The translations under genes were made by a program, and so were the position numbers. From a virus: a stretch of DNA of 64,000 nucleotides. The notes below the pieces were generated by a model. That model was not told the DNA's origin. It worked only from the letters and a program-made list of their open reading frames with translations, and ran no database searches. The stretch lies in IMG/VR virus record IMGVR_UViG_3300048592_000244, positions 42,114 to 106,113 of that record; one strand, 5' to 3'. Positions 55,259 to 63,949 of this stretch are shown here, piece by piece (the first letter of the stretch is position 1; the number at the start of each line of letters is the position of its first letter).

Positions 55259-55747
55259 ATGTCGGAAGGCGATGAAATGTTTGTCAAGGACACCGAGTGG
55301 GCGCAGCAGCGCATCAGCCACGGTGAGATGACTTTCCTTGAAGTGCTTTGGGAGAACGGAAAAGTCGGTCTGGATTTTCCGTACAAGCACACACCAGAGT
55401 ACAAGCGCATGTCTGACCTGCTGCTGGTGGAGTCGTTCACTGGCTCCCGTGGAGTGAACGCTATCCGGTTCACGGACACAGGTGCGAAATTCGCTCTCAG
55501 GTATTTTCCTCGTGCCCAGAAGGAAAATCCGTGGTGGAGACTGACGCCACCAGACAGGTTTGTTTCTGGCCAGCGTGACGTGGTTGTCGCGTGGGAATTG
55601 CTGTTGCAGTTCATCGTCAAGCTGGAGTTCATGGGTCTGGCAGAGCGCAGAGCGTTTCTGAGGTCTGTCCCTAACATCGACGATGAACACCGGGAACACA
55701 CGGTCGCCTTTGTGAACGCTGTCTTTGCGACTTACGACAAGGAGTAG
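55259..55747 (+). CDS. Early hypothetical protein
   Basis: 162 aa; coupled junction. Confidence 0.7.
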   Translation: MSEGDEMFVKDTEWAQQRISHGEMTFLEVLWENGKVGLDFPYKHTPEYKRMSDLLLVESFTGSRGVNAIRFTDTGAKFALRYFPRAQKENPWWRLTPPDRFVSGQRDVVVAWELLLQFIVKLEFMGLAERRAFLRSVPNIDDEHREHTVAFVNAVFATYDKE

Positions 55748-55749
55748 CT

Positions 55750-55962
55750 ATGGCGACGAAATCGCCGCCGTTCATTCGGTACATGGTGCCGATTACCGAT
55801 GAGGCAGAAGCACAGATGCGAGAAAATGATTCTCTGCCTCCGTGGTACAGGCCCACGCCTCACTACTTCAATGAACGTCAGCGTGCAAAGGCCGAGGACT
55901 GTGCTCGTCGCACAGGCTCTCGTGTCATTGATATGTTCAAAGAGTACGACCGGAGGAAATAG
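55750..55962 (+). CDS. Early hypothetical protein
   Basis: 70 aa; coupled junction. Confidence 0.65.
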   Translation: MATKSPPFIRYMVPITDEAEAQMRENDSLPPWYRPTPHYFNERQRAKAEDCARRTGSRVIDMFKEYDRRK

Positions 55963-55964
55963 CC

Positions 55965-56291
55965 ATGCCAGACACACTTGAAAACCTGACCAACGTGGCG
56001 GGCCGTCTTGTAGCGTTGCGTAAGCTCAAGAAGAAGGCTGACCCCGCCAGCGGTATTTCCATCAAGGTGCGCTTCGGCGTGCTCTCCGACAGGCTGGAGG
56101 ATGAAGACCCCAGCCGTACTCCACGGGAGTACATCGGACTGGAATGCTGCCGGTACTACAACGAAATTATAGACCTGCTCATCAAGGAGCAGGAGGAGAG
56201 CCTTGCGTTCTGGATCAAGAACGCGAGAGAACTGTCCGCCCAGCTAACTGTGGCCGTTGAGAAATTCCAGCATTTTCAAACCAAGGAGTAG
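55965..56291 (+). CDS. Early hypothetical protein
   Basis: 108 aa; coupled junction. Confidence 0.7.
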   Translation: MPDTLENLTNVAGRLVALRKLKKKADPASGISIKVRFGVLSDRLEDEDPSRTPREYIGLECCRYYNEIIDLLIKEQEESLAFWIKNARELSAQLTVAVEKFQHFQTKE

Positions 56292-56293
56292 CC

Positions 56294-56710
56294 ATGAGCA
56301 GAGACGTCCGCACCAAGAAGGAGTACGAAGAATACTGCGCCGCCGTGGAGGAGTTCTTCAAGACTGAGGGAATTACCAACCTCAGCGGCGGGCACTTGAC
56401 GTGTCAAAACTGTGGCTTCGACGACGAAGAAGTTGACGGGCACACCGTCAATTTCACTGACGAGGAGAAGTGCATCAAGTGCGGCGCGAGCCGTGAGATG
56501 ATGGACGAGCCGTACTTCTCGTGGCGTTCTTGCGAATGCTGTGGCGGTATGCTGGGCGGCAACCGCGAGCACGCTACCGGGTACAACCCGACGACGAAGG
56601 AAATTCAGGAGTACGAGGTCTGCTCGAACTGCATCTACTTCGCTGAGTACGGCAAGCTGGACGACATGACCATGATGGAAATTGGCGAGCACGATGACGA
56701 GGAGGAGTAG
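56294..56710 (+). CDS. Acidic multi-CxxC zinc-binding early protein
   Basis: CQNC, CIKC, CECC and CSNC motifs. Confidence 0.75.
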   Translation: MSRDVRTKKEYEEYCAAVEEFFKTEGITNLSGGHLTCQNCGFDDEEVDGHTVNFTDEEKCIKCGASREMMDEPYFSWRSCECCGGMLGGNREHATGYNPTTKEIQEYEVCSNCIYFAEYGKLDDMTMMEIGEHDDEEE

Positions 56711-56957
56711 CGATGGAGATGGCGTGGACCTGTCATTTCGAGTACGTCTTGCTGAACGATGGCAAAGCTATCGCTGGTGGGGATGCCGAAGCAATGGCCG
56801 CTGTGGTGAATGCGTTCGGCATTACGGACAACAATTTCCGTCTACTCAAGTGGTATGAATGGATGGAATGGCAGGTGGAAGAACTCCGCCACCAGCAGAA
56901 AAAGGAAAACGAAGAACTCATGCGGGAAATTGGCCACGATGACGAGGAGTAGCCATG
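56671..56957 (+). repeat. Imperfect direct repeat of about 40 bp flanking ORF 56713-56952
   Basis: CATGATGGAAATTGGCGAGCACGATGACGAGGAGGAGTAGCGATG (56671-56715) vs CATGCGGGAAATTGGCCACGATGACGAGGAGTAGCCATG (56919-56957). Confidence 0.8.
56713..56952 (+). CDS. Early hypothetical protein
   Basis: 79 aa; coupled junction. Confidence 0.7.
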   Translation: MEMAWTCHFEYVLLNDGKAIAGGDAEAMAAVVNAFGITDNNFRLLKWYEWMEWQVEELRHQQKKENEELMREIGHDDEE

Positions 56958-57173
56958 TCGCAGTTCTACATCGACCCGGACTACTCTACGGAGACGTCAT
57001 TGCCAAACGCTGAGACGTTCTTCGTCGGCCCGCGTGAAATTCTGGGCGTGAGAACCGGATGGTATTGGTGGGCGTGCTTCCCCGGCTGCCTACCTGATGG
57101 TGAAGCCAGCGGTCCGTTCCGTACTGAGGCCGGGGCAATCAAGGACGCAAGGAGCCTGAACCATGTCTGGTAG
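56955..57173 (+). CDS. Early hypothetical protein
   Basis: GWYWWACFPGCLPDGEASGPF motif. Confidence 0.7.
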   Translation: MSQFYIDPDYSTETSLPNAETFFVGPREILGVRTGWYWWACFPGCLPDGEASGPFRTEAGAIKDARSLNHVW

Positions 57174-57438
57174 AATCGGACCCAACCAGCAGTGCGACTG
57201 CGGCTCCGGCAAGAAATTCAAGAAGTGCTGCGGTGCCCGTGGTCGCATCACCGACCCGGTGCAGGCAGAGCAGCAGGCCCACAACGAAGAACGCTGGCGG
57301 GAACAGCGCAAGAAACCCAAGAGCAAGGACGCTGCGTTGATACCGTTCCTTTTCGCCGGGATGCTGGGCGCGGACTTGTCTGGCCCCGGCCCTGCTCCAC
57401 CGAAACCCAAGCGACGTAACCGGAGGAAACCGCAATGA
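57163..57438 (+). CDS. SEC-C motif protein
   Basis: IGPNQQCDCGSGKKFKKCCG matches the SecA C-terminal metal-binding motif. Confidence 0.8.
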   Translation: MSGRIGPNQQCDCGSGKKFKKCCGARGRITDPVQAEQQAHNEERWREQRKKPKSKDAALIPFLFAGMLGADLSGPGPAPPKPKRRNRRKPQ

Positions 57439-57635
57439 AGACCAAGCACCTGTTCAACAGCAATCGTGGTGACGCTGAGATCGAACTCAGCATCACCAAT
57501 TACTGCGTCCAGATGGACGTGACGAAAATGAACGCGGCCAACGAGCCGCAGGCCATCATGTCGCCGCAGGCTGCGCGGATATTCGCTGCCAACCTCAACG
57601 CCTACGCCGACGAGATCGACCGGAGGACAGCATGA
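57435..57635 (+). CDS. Early hypothetical protein
   Basis: GGAGG RBS; ATGA coupling. Confidence 0.65.
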   Translation: MKTKHLFNSNRGDAEIELSITNYCVQMDVTKMNAANEPQAIMSPQAARIFAANLNAYADEIDRRTA

Positions 57636-57832
57636 ATGCGGTCTTCTGCTTCGCTCTAAAGCACACACCCGGTAGCAGGCTACGGTCAGCAATAGTCTTC
57701 GCTCGTTGGGGTGTTGACGACGTTGTGCTGCTGTCGCTGGAAGCTAAATGGAAAAACGCCAAGGGCGGCTACACAGTCCCGGTGGCGTGCATCGAGGAGG
57801 CAGCAAGATATGTCGAACGAGACGGGAAGTGA
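57632..57832 (+). CDS. Early hypothetical protein
   Basis: GGAGG RBS; ATGA coupling. Confidence 0.6.
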   Translation: MNAVFCFALKHTPGSRLRSAIVFARWGVDDVVLLSLEAKWKNAKGGYTVPVACIEEAARYVERDGK

Positions 57833-58070
57833 ACCTACTCGTGAACGTGCGGAGCGTCTTGTCCAACTGGATATGGGCAACACGCCGTGGGCAACGCCAA
57901 AGCAGTACCTCGAACTGCTGGATGTAATCAAGGACTTGAGTCTGTGCCTTGACGAGCACGGCCAGCACCAAGGCACGCATTACATCCGCGATGGCAAGAT
58001 TGAGCCCAAGGGCAGCTTCATTGCTTTGGTTCACAAGGCGCAGGAAATTACGGAGAGAACCGATGGGTGA
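57810..58070 (+). CDS. Early hypothetical protein (MSNETGSE...)
   Basis: GAGGAGG RBS before ATG 57810. Confidence 0.6.
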   Translation: MSNETGSEPTRERAERLVQLDMGNTPWATPKQYLELLDVIKDLSLCLDEHGQHQGTHYIRDGKIEPKGSFIALVHKAQEITERTDG

Positions 58071-58464
58071 ATTACGCAACCGCCTTGAGAGGCGAGGAAA
58101 AGTCTGGCGTCCCGAGGGCTACCCCAGCATCACCGGACATCAGTTGGGCATCCTGCTCAAGATGTGGTTCCACTCCAAGGGGCGAGTCGATTGTCCAGTG
58201 GCCGGTGAGCCCTGCTGGTGGCAGTCGGCACGGTCCTTGACACGTAAAGAGGTGATCCGTCAGGTCGATTACAAACTGAAACACCCGAAGTGGCCGTGGC
58301 AGCGTGGCAAGCCGGACGCTGACTACAGAGGCACTGGCTACGCTTTGACTCCGATGGGCTGGCATCTATGCAAGCGCATCGTCACAGCATTTCCGCGAGA
58401 AGCTGCTGAGGCCGAAGCTGAGGCAGCGGCGTATTTCCGCATGTTCAAAGGAGAAGCAGCATGA
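58063..58464 (+). CDS. Early hypothetical basic protein (possible winged helix)
   Basis: GGAG RBS; YALTPMG wing-like motif. Confidence 0.6.
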   Translation: MGELRNRLERRGKVWRPEGYPSITGHQLGILLKMWFHSKGRVDCPVAGEPCWWQSARSLTRKEVIRQVDYKLKHPKWPWQRGKPDADYRGTGYALTPMGWHLCKRIVTAFPREAAEAEAEAAAYFRMFKGEAA

Positions 58465-59174
58465 GCAAGCGCAGGAGAAGGGACTGGCCGTGGCCGTCTG
58501 GCATGACATTCGACCAGATCATTGACGGGCTCGGTGCCAGCAACGTCGCAGACCGCTCGACGAACTACAACTTCGGCGAGAACTACGACATGGACGGCAT
58601 GGGCCATGATGGAAAATGGTCGAATGTCTTTCCGGTGTTTGATGACGTAGCCGGGGCGAAGAATTTCTTCACGTCCAATGGTTACGACGTGCCGCTGGAA
58701 AAACCGGCCCATGAGTACGACGAGGACGAGTATCTCGAATTCCTGAACGAGAGCATCAGGGAAATCTGTCAGGAGAACGACTACTACTCGCCGATGATGA
58801 ACTACTACTACGAGATAGACCTGCGCAGTGAAGACGCTGAGGCCATGCAGGCACGCATCGACCGCTATGGCGGTTGCTGCATCCTCGTGATGCTTGGCGA
58901 CGAGCCCAAGCTCTGTCTGGCCGGTGGCGGCATGAACCTGACGTGGGACATCGTGTGGTCGTACATCCTCTGTGGCCAGTTGCCGCCGACGAAGTATTGC
59001 GAACTACCTGAGTTCGCTGGACACTCCCTCAGCAGGAAAAACCGCCTCATCATCAAGGCGTGCAGGAAATCCCTCAAAGTCCATCAGCGGTGGCTAGATG
59101 GCACCCGCCGCAATCTGGAATGTGCCGTCACTAACATCTACAACGCGAGGAAAAAGAAACATGCGAATGCGTGA
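58461..59174 (+). CDS. Early hypothetical protein
   Basis: 237 aa; LAGGGMNLTWDIVWSYILCGQLPP motif. Confidence 0.75.
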   Translation: MSKRRRRDWPWPSGMTFDQIIDGLGASNVADRSTNYNFGENYDMDGMGHDGKWSNVFPVFDDVAGAKNFFTSNGYDVPLEKPAHEYDEDEYLEFLNESIREICQENDYYSPMMNYYYEIDLRSEDAEAMQARIDRYGGCCILVMLGDEPKLCLAGGGMNLTWDIVWSYILCGQLPPTKYCELPEFAGHSLSRKNRLIIKACRKSLKVHQRWLDGTRRNLECAVTNIYNARKKKHANA

Positions 59175-59328
59175 TTTCATCAAGGACAACCGGGAGGAGT
59201 TGAAGCGGCTTATCCGCGACTACCTCAAGCAGCCCGATTTTCCGCTGAACACTGCCGATCTCGAACAATGGATCGCCAACGATGAGGGCCTCTATAATTG
59301 GGCTCGAAGCGAAGGCGTCAGCGTCTAA
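59161..59328 (+). CDS. Small early protein
   Basis: WIANDEGLYNWARSEGV motif; start 59161 or 59167. Confidence 0.65.
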   Translation: MRMRDFIKDNREELKRLIRDYLKQPDFPLNTADLEQWIANDEGLYNWARSEGVSV

Positions 59329-59337
59329 GGAGACAAC

Positions 59338-59574
59338 TTGAACAGAGGTGAACAGAAGACGTTTGTCCGCGAACTGGCGGATGCCTTGGTGCGTGAAGTC
59401 TGTGAGAAAATCGACGAGGGGAAAATCCCTGAGCATTGGGACGGGCACGAACTGCGTGTCCTGATGTCGGAGAAATTCGAGCAGTCAGCCAAGGCATCCG
59501 TGATCCGCACGAGTCCACGACATAGCCGGGCTCGTGATTACCACAACACCGTACTGACCAAGTACCTTACATAA
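59338..59574 (+). CDS. Early hypothetical protein
   Basis: AAGGAG RBS with TTG start; IPEHWDGHELR motif. Confidence 0.65.
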   Translation: MNRGEQKTFVRELADALVREVCEKIDEGKIPEHWDGHELRVLMSEKFEQSAKASVIRTSPRHSRARDYHNTVLTKYLT

Positions 59575-59585
59575 GGAGACGCGCC

Positions 59586-60308
59586 GTGGAGTACACTGAC
59601 CAGCAGCAGATTGAGAAGACGTTCAAGTTCTTCGACATGGCCGCCATCGGCAGGATGATGTCGCACAGCAACGACATGGAGAATCTCGTTGAGTGTGACG
59701 ACGCGGAAATTATCGAGGATGAGGAAGGCATCCGTCTGGTATTTTCCTTCTCCCGTATGGCGATGGACGGCAATGGCTACCACGTCGGCACCGAGACTTG
59801 CGTGGTGACGTTCGAGACCTTCGACGCCAGCAAGATGATGTACGTCCATCCGAACAAGCTGGAGGACTACCCACTCCACGGCACCGGCGTCACGCTGGAC
59901 TTGCGTGAAGCGAACTTCGACATGGCACCCGCTCGTGAGGAAATCCCGTGGGAGGAAATCTACCGCGAGAATGCCGACCCGGAGCATCAGCAACTGCTGG
60001 ATGAGTACAAAGCCTCGCTCTACACACCGGCGTTTGTCAATCAAGACGACCCGGACCCCATCGACGAGGAAGACTTCTGTGCGTGGATGCAGGAGGAGCA
60101 CGACATCGACGTAGACCGCGAGGCTTACTTCGACGCCTACAACCCACCGGACGACGACTTCTGGTTCCAAGAGGTTGAGTACAAGTTCGACAAGCTCAAG
60201 GATCACCTGCGTTCGCTGGTGTGGAAATTCAACCCTGACCATGAGAAGGAGGAGAGCGAGCCGTGGTATCTCGAAACAAAGTCCGAATCATCGTCATTGA
60301 CCCCGTGA
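59586..60308 (+). CDS. Highly acidic early protein
   Basis: 240 aa, D/E-rich; AAGGAG RBS with GTG start. Confidence 0.75.
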   Translation: MEYTDQQQIEKTFKFFDMAAIGRMMSHSNDMENLVECDDAEIIEDEEGIRLVFSFSRMAMDGNGYHVGTETCVVTFETFDASKMMYVHPNKLEDYPLHGTGVTLDLREANFDMAPAREEIPWEEIYRENADPEHQQLLDEYKASLYTPAFVNQDDPDPIDEEDFCAWMQEEHDIDVDREAYFDAYNPPDDDFWFQEVEYKFDKLKDHLRSLVWKFNPDHEKEESEPWYLETKSESSSLTP

Positions 60309-60634
60309 ACAAGGCGGTGCGGGAGCACTACGTCAACCCGCAGAATTTCCGCGACTACCATGCTCTGCTCGATACCGTCACGTTGGAGTCGTTCGTCCGC
60401 ACTCCGGTTGACTTCGACGAGGCGGCGTTCTTTTACATCGACGAGCTTGGTGGGTTCACCAACAAGCCCCGTTTCATTGTCAAAGCCAAGCACGGGAACG
60501 AGTTCGTCATCGGCCCGGCAGCTTTGATTGGAGAGCCCACAAGGGAAGGAGACGAGACCGACTGTCCGTGGGCGGTAGAAGACGTGCTGAAATTCATTGC
60601 CTTTGAACCCGTTGCACAAGGATTCTTCCAATGA
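60263..60634 (+). CDS. Early hypothetical protein (DUF3846-like)
   Basis: IIVIDP...YIDELG...IGPAALIG...EGDETD pattern. Confidence 0.6.
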   Translation: MVSRNKVRIIVIDPVNKAVREHYVNPQNFRDYHALLDTVTLESFVRTPVDFDEAAFFYIDELGGFTNKPRFIVKAKHGNEFVIGPAALIGEPTREGDETDCPWAVEDVLKFIAFEPVAQGFFQ

Positions 60635-61806
60635 CAGAAACGACCGAACTGACCATCTACAAAGCGGGAACACCCGAAGCCAAGAAGTGCATGACGCGGC
60701 ACTGCGTGCTGTACGGCAGCAGCGGCCAGCCGATGGCGTCTGTGTACTTCGTGTTCCCGCGTTTCCTGACGTTCGAGCACGAGCACTTCATCAAGAAGAA
60801 GGTCGATGAGGACGACCTCAAGGAGATGGAGAAACTCGTCAAGGAACTTGCGCCGGTCATCATGTCGAAGGTCGCCGACAAAATCCACGCGGTGCTGGAG
60901 CCGTGGGATGAATTCCTCAACGATCTGGATGACGAGGAAATCTGCGCCGTCTTCAACGAGGCCCTTGAGCGTGACGTGGAAGAAAACCCACGCGGTGAAT
61001 TCATCGGCCATCCTGTCGGCACCTCGATCTTCAAGGCGCTCCAGAAGCTGGACGACAAGTACGGCGGCCACGTCTGCGGGCCGTACTACACCTACAACGA
61101 CCCGGACAGCTACTGCGGCCAGCACGACATCCAGTTCACCTTCCCCTCGAAGTCAGGAGACCCGTGGACGCCGACGATGTTCGACGTCGTGTTCCTCCAG
61201 ATTCACCCCGGTGGTGATGCTCGCAACATGGCGGAGGGCAGGTTCTACGTGCCGGAAGGTATCGACGAGACGACGAACCTGTACGACACGCTGGGCGCAA
61301 ACATCGGTGATCTCGGCACGCTGGTGGAAATCCCTGTCGAATTTCCGCTGGAGCAGTGGCTGCGCCAGAACGATCAGGATGCGTGGGATTCCATCTACCG
61401 CGAGGAAAAGCCTGACGCCGAAGGCCGCTACTATAAGAGTGAGCTACTGGATTGGTTCCAAGACTTCAAGGACGGCATGTGCCGCATCTACCTGACGCCG
61501 GAGGGCGACAACGGTGCTGGCGTGGATGTCTACCGAGTGTACGACGCTATCCAGTACAAGGGCCGCGACCTTTGGACGTGGGTGCCGGAGGGTGAGATCG
61601 TCGGAGAGAAACGGTCACAGGTCGGAATTTCTGCCACGCCGTACATCCCTGCGGTGTTCGAGTATTCCACTGGCGGGTACTTCAAGTGGGATGGCCCAAT
61701 GCCCGGCACCGATGAGTGGGAAGCGATGATGACGGAAAATGCGATGCACCCCATCTCGCCGCGCAAGGAAAAGGACGAAACCAAGGACGCCTTCAAGGAG
61801 GAGTAG
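60631..61806 (+). CDS. Acidic early hypothetical protein
   Basis: 391 aa; YTYNDPD...LQIHPGGDAR motif. Confidence 0.75.
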   Translation: MTETTELTIYKAGTPEAKKCMTRHCVLYGSSGQPMASVYFVFPRFLTFEHEHFIKKKVDEDDLKEMEKLVKELAPVIMSKVADKIHAVLEPWDEFLNDLDDEEICAVFNEALERDVEENPRGEFIGHPVGTSIFKALQKLDDKYGGHVCGPYYTYNDPDSYCGQHDIQFTFPSKSGDPWTPTMFDVVFLQIHPGGDARNMAEGRFYVPEGIDETTNLYDTLGANIGDLGTLVEIPVEFPLEQWLRQNDQDAWDSIYREEKPDAEGRYYKSELLDWFQDFKDGMCRIYLTPEGDNGAGVDVYRVYDAIQYKGRDLWTWVPEGEIVGEKRSQVGISATPYIPAVFEYSTGGYFKWDGPMPGTDEWEAMMTENAMHPISPRKEKDETKDAFKEE

Positions 61807-61808
61807 TC

Positions 61809-62165
61809 ATGCGGAAATTCAAGCCGTGCCAGTTCGTCACGCCGAAGGAAGCCACAGACGCTGACCGGCGTCTGGTTTACTACGCTCGCTACTACTTCGA
61901 TGGCACCTACGTCGAGTTCTACCGTGGCAAGCGCATCAGGATGGAGCCGGGCATGGTGGGTATCGTGCGGTCGATTGCCCCGAGCGTGATGACATCGGCA
62001 CCGCATGTGGAATTTCTCGTCATTGACTTCTGCCATCCGATCACCGGCAAAGTGGAGCGGGCGGCGTTGCATCACAGTGAAGTGGAGGAAGCGGAGCCTC
62101 CTGAGTATGAAATCCCCCGCAACGGCTGGAAAAGTCCAGAGGCAGCATTCACCTACGTTCGCTAA
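61809..62165 (+). CDS. Early hypothetical protein (MRKFKP...)
   Basis: GGAGGAG RBS before ATG 61809. Confidence 0.7.
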   Translation: MRKFKPCQFVTPKEATDADRRLVYYARYYFDGTYVEFYRGKRIRMEPGMVGIVRSIAPSVMTSAPHVEFLVIDFCHPITGKVERAALHHSEVEEAEPPEYEIPRNGWKSPEAAFTYVR

Positions 62166-62175
62166 GGAGTAAGCC

Positions 62176-63183
62176 ATGACTGAGAGAACTAAAATCCATG
62201 AGAAGTTTCTTGAGTACCCAGAGCTTGTTGAGGCACGAGAGCGTGCGGAGAACGCCATCATCGCGTTCGACAAGCTCGGCGCTACCCGCTGCACCAACCG
62301 CAGCTACGGCCCGTGGCATCTGTGCGTCAACGTCAAGGTCCGCGAGTACCCGCTGAACTGTGCGCCGGAAATTCGTGAGAGCATGTCCGAGCGGTGGTAC
62401 GACTATCAGCAGGACGACTTCTGGAACCTTGACTTCGACGGCGACTGCATCGTCCGTGAGGAGTGCCCGCTGCCATTCCCGAAGTTTTTCAGTGACGGTC
62501 GCAGCGGTGGCTACTTCGTCTTTGACGGCAACGATTCCAAGCGAGCCGCTCCTGCGCTGAACGCCTACAACCAGCAGGCCAGCAATTACGGCGGTAGCGG
62601 GCAGACACCAAGGCCGGAAGGCAACATCGACATTGCACTCTCTCAGTTCGATGACGTGGTGGACCCGTTCAAGTGGATCACCGAGGTCAGGGACTTCGAG
62701 GGCGATGAGGAAAAAGAGAAGGCGTGGGTGCAGGAGGACGTGGACGGTGTGACCGCCGCGTATGCCGAGATGGCCGAGGTGTTCGAGGCAGCGACGGAGT
62801 GGGCGCAGTCCGTGCTGGACATCAAGAAGTACCGATTGAGCGTCTTCACCGGCAAGGAATATGAGGCGCTGAACTCTCTGGCCGATCAAGAGCAGTATGA
62901 CTTCTTCGACTTCGAGCACTGCACGATTGTGACTGACGGTGACGAGACCACGGTGTCGTGGCCGCAGCACGCTCGTCAGTTTCAGGACTGCGGAAAATGG
63001 GAGACCTGCGAGAAGGACGACGAAGGTGCTCGTGAATGGCACGACGGCACGTTCAAGAAGTTCATTCCTGACGAGCCCAAGGTGTTCAGCTTCACGATGC
63101 CGCGAGACTCTCTGATCGAGCAACTCAATGAGGAACTGCACGACGCCGTAGCAGCCATACGGAAGCGTGCTCTGAAATCATAG
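62176..63183 (+). CDS. Acidic early hypothetical protein
   Basis: 335 aa; GRSGGY motif; AAGGAG RBS. Confidence 0.75.
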   Translation: MTERTKIHEKFLEYPELVEARERAENAIIAFDKLGATRCTNRSYGPWHLCVNVKVREYPLNCAPEIRESMSERWYDYQQDDFWNLDFDGDCIVREECPLPFPKFFSDGRSGGYFVFDGNDSKRAAPALNAYNQQASNYGGSGQTPRPEGNIDIALSQFDDVVDPFKWITEVRDFEGDEEKEKAWVQEDVDGVTAAYAEMAEVFEAATEWAQSVLDIKKYRLSVFTGKEYEALNSLADQEQYDFFDFEHCTIVTDGDETTVSWPQHARQFQDCGKWETCEKDDEGAREWHDGTFKKFIPDEPKVFSFTMPRDSLIEQLNEELHDAVAAIRKRALKS

Positions 63184-63192
63184 GGAGGGAAA

Positions 63193-63573
63193 ATGCAGAC
63201 GACGCTGACAGACGAACAGATCGAGGCCGCGATTGAGGACGCCTGTTCGGAGTACGAGACTGCCAAGGATGACGCTCTCAAGCAGGTCGATGACGAAGAC
63301 CTGTGCCGCTTCCGTGGGATGCAGGTAGTCATGGGCGACAACGAGCGCGGGTGTCGTCTGGGCGACCCGATAGATTACCCTCCTGACCCACCGGACACCC
63401 TGACGGTCGAGCAAGTGCGCAAGTGGATCGAAGAAGCCATCAAGGAAGGCGCGGACGATCTCGTCCTGCAAGGCGGATTCGACACTGCGGGGGACGCCGA
63501 TGACTTCGACAACGGAAATTACAACCCCGAGGCTTCGTTCTTTGAAGTCACTCTCTGGGAAAGGAAGGAATAG
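63193..63573 (+). CDS. Very acidic small early protein
   Basis: 126 aa, D/E-rich; GGGAGG RBS. Confidence 0.75.
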   Translation: MQTTLTDEQIEAAIEDACSEYETAKDDALKQVDDEDLCRFRGMQVVMGDNERGCRLGDPIDYPPDPPDTLTVEQVRKWIEEAIKEGADDLVLQGGFDTAGDADDFDNGNYNPEASFFEVTLWERKE

Positions 63574-63577
63574 CGTC

Positions 63578-63949
63578 ATGTTGACCAACAAGCAGAAGAA
63601 GACCTTGCTGGAAATTGGAAGCAAGGTGGTGTGCCGAATCCCCACGTCATCGAAGCATTGGGACGCAGGCTGCTACCTTGTACCGGATGGCGAGCAGATC
63701 AACGGGCACGCAGTGGGCTGGCTGATCCGCAAGGGCTGGCTGGAAATGACCAAGTGCCCGGAGAAGAAGCCCCCTCCACACGCCATGTACTACAAACGCA
63801 CCAAGCTGAAATTCAGCGAGGGCTACGACAACAACAAGGGCTTTACCTGCTGGTGTGGTCATCACACAGGCCCGAGCATGTACCGGCGCACGCTGTCGGA
63901 GCCGCGAAGAAAACAGGCGTGTTCAGGTCCGGCAATACGGACCCGGTGA
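63578..63949 (+). CDS. Early hypothetical basic protein (MLTNKQ...)
   Basis: AAGGA RBS before ATG 63578. Confidence 0.6.
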   Translation: MLTNKQKKTLLEIGSKVVCRIPTSSKHWDAGCYLVPDGEQINGHAVGWLIRKGWLEMTKCPEKKPPPHAMYYKRTKLKFSEGYDNNKGFTCWCGHHTGPSMYRRTLSEPRRKQACSGPAIRTR

